DNA of 64,000 bases from Neocallimastix sp. 'constans'. Lineage: Eukaryota. Positions 63,657 to 64,000 of the stretch are shown here, piece after piece (within the stretch, counting starts at the first letter, position 1; each line of letters begins with the position of its first letter). A program made the position numbers and the translations under genes. Location: positions 62,001 to 126,000 of the forward strand of contig JBODTK010000115.1 of NCBI GenBank assembly GCA_050613775.1, written 5' to 3'. A model generated the notes under the pieces. It did no database searches, had not been told where the DNA came from, and worked only from the letters and a program-made list of their open reading frames with translations.

Positions 63657-64000
63657 TTAACATTCTGAAGCCCATTCTTTCTCTCTCCTAATTTGTTCTT
63701 CTTCTTCTGGAGTGAAACCATTTTCAATATTAAAGATAACTTTAATTTCTTCTAGCTTCTTACCTCTAATCATACTGGCAATATAATTACAAGTTAAATT
63801 TAAAAGTGGCTTAATATCCAAATAGTAAGCAGCAAGAACGGTATCAAATATATCTTGGTGATAAATAAACCTTTCTACGTATTCTTTATCCCAACCCTTA
63901 ATACATCAAATTTCATCAAGTTCATTTTCATCAGTTCTATCATTACGATGATGCTCACAGTATTCAATAACTTTTTCTAAAATATCACCTTTAACATTTG
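63657..64000 (-). pseudogene. Intronless Skp1 paralog, 5' end outside window, in-frame TGA
   Basis: NVKGDILEKVIEYCEHHRND...LDEI*CIKGWDKEY...[16 protein letters not shown]...[22 protein letters not shown] is at 63906-63908, and the 3' flank matches the parent 3' UTR. Confidence 0.85.

Noticed and set aside
63906..63908. TGA recoding or readthrough in Skp1 paralogs (also ~50647)
   Set aside because: The stops are at different positions and one copy also has a frameshift; pseudogenisation or sequence error is simpler.

Overview
Extremely AT-rich, microsatellite-laden eukaryotic DNA with short GT-AG introns. The composition resembles anaerobic gut fungi (Neocallimastigomycota), which is an inference only. 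Host genes are a 13-exon Glomulin/ALF4/Ybp1-family gene (+), a 5-exon Rab7/Ypt7 (-), a ~1523-aa low-complexity protein with a C-terminal SH3 (-), and a 3-exon canonical SKP1 (-). SKP1 is followed by a same-strand array of at least five intronless, divergent Skp1 paralogs (3 open, 2 disrupted; the last runs off the window). Mobile DNA includes an intact young Ty1/copia element (identical-looking 173-bp LTRs, AAATA TSD), a complete Mutator-like element (TIRs, 9-bp TSD), a short non-autonomous LTR element carrying a dead-retropepsin/coiled-coil gene, and decayed MULE, gypsy and copia remnants. The two most notable observations are (1) the Skp1 birth-and-death array with altered Cul1- and F-box-facing motifs, near a CRL-inhibitor-family gene, and (2) a copia primer-binding site complementary to the 5' half of tRNA-Lys(CUU), recurring five times in the window.
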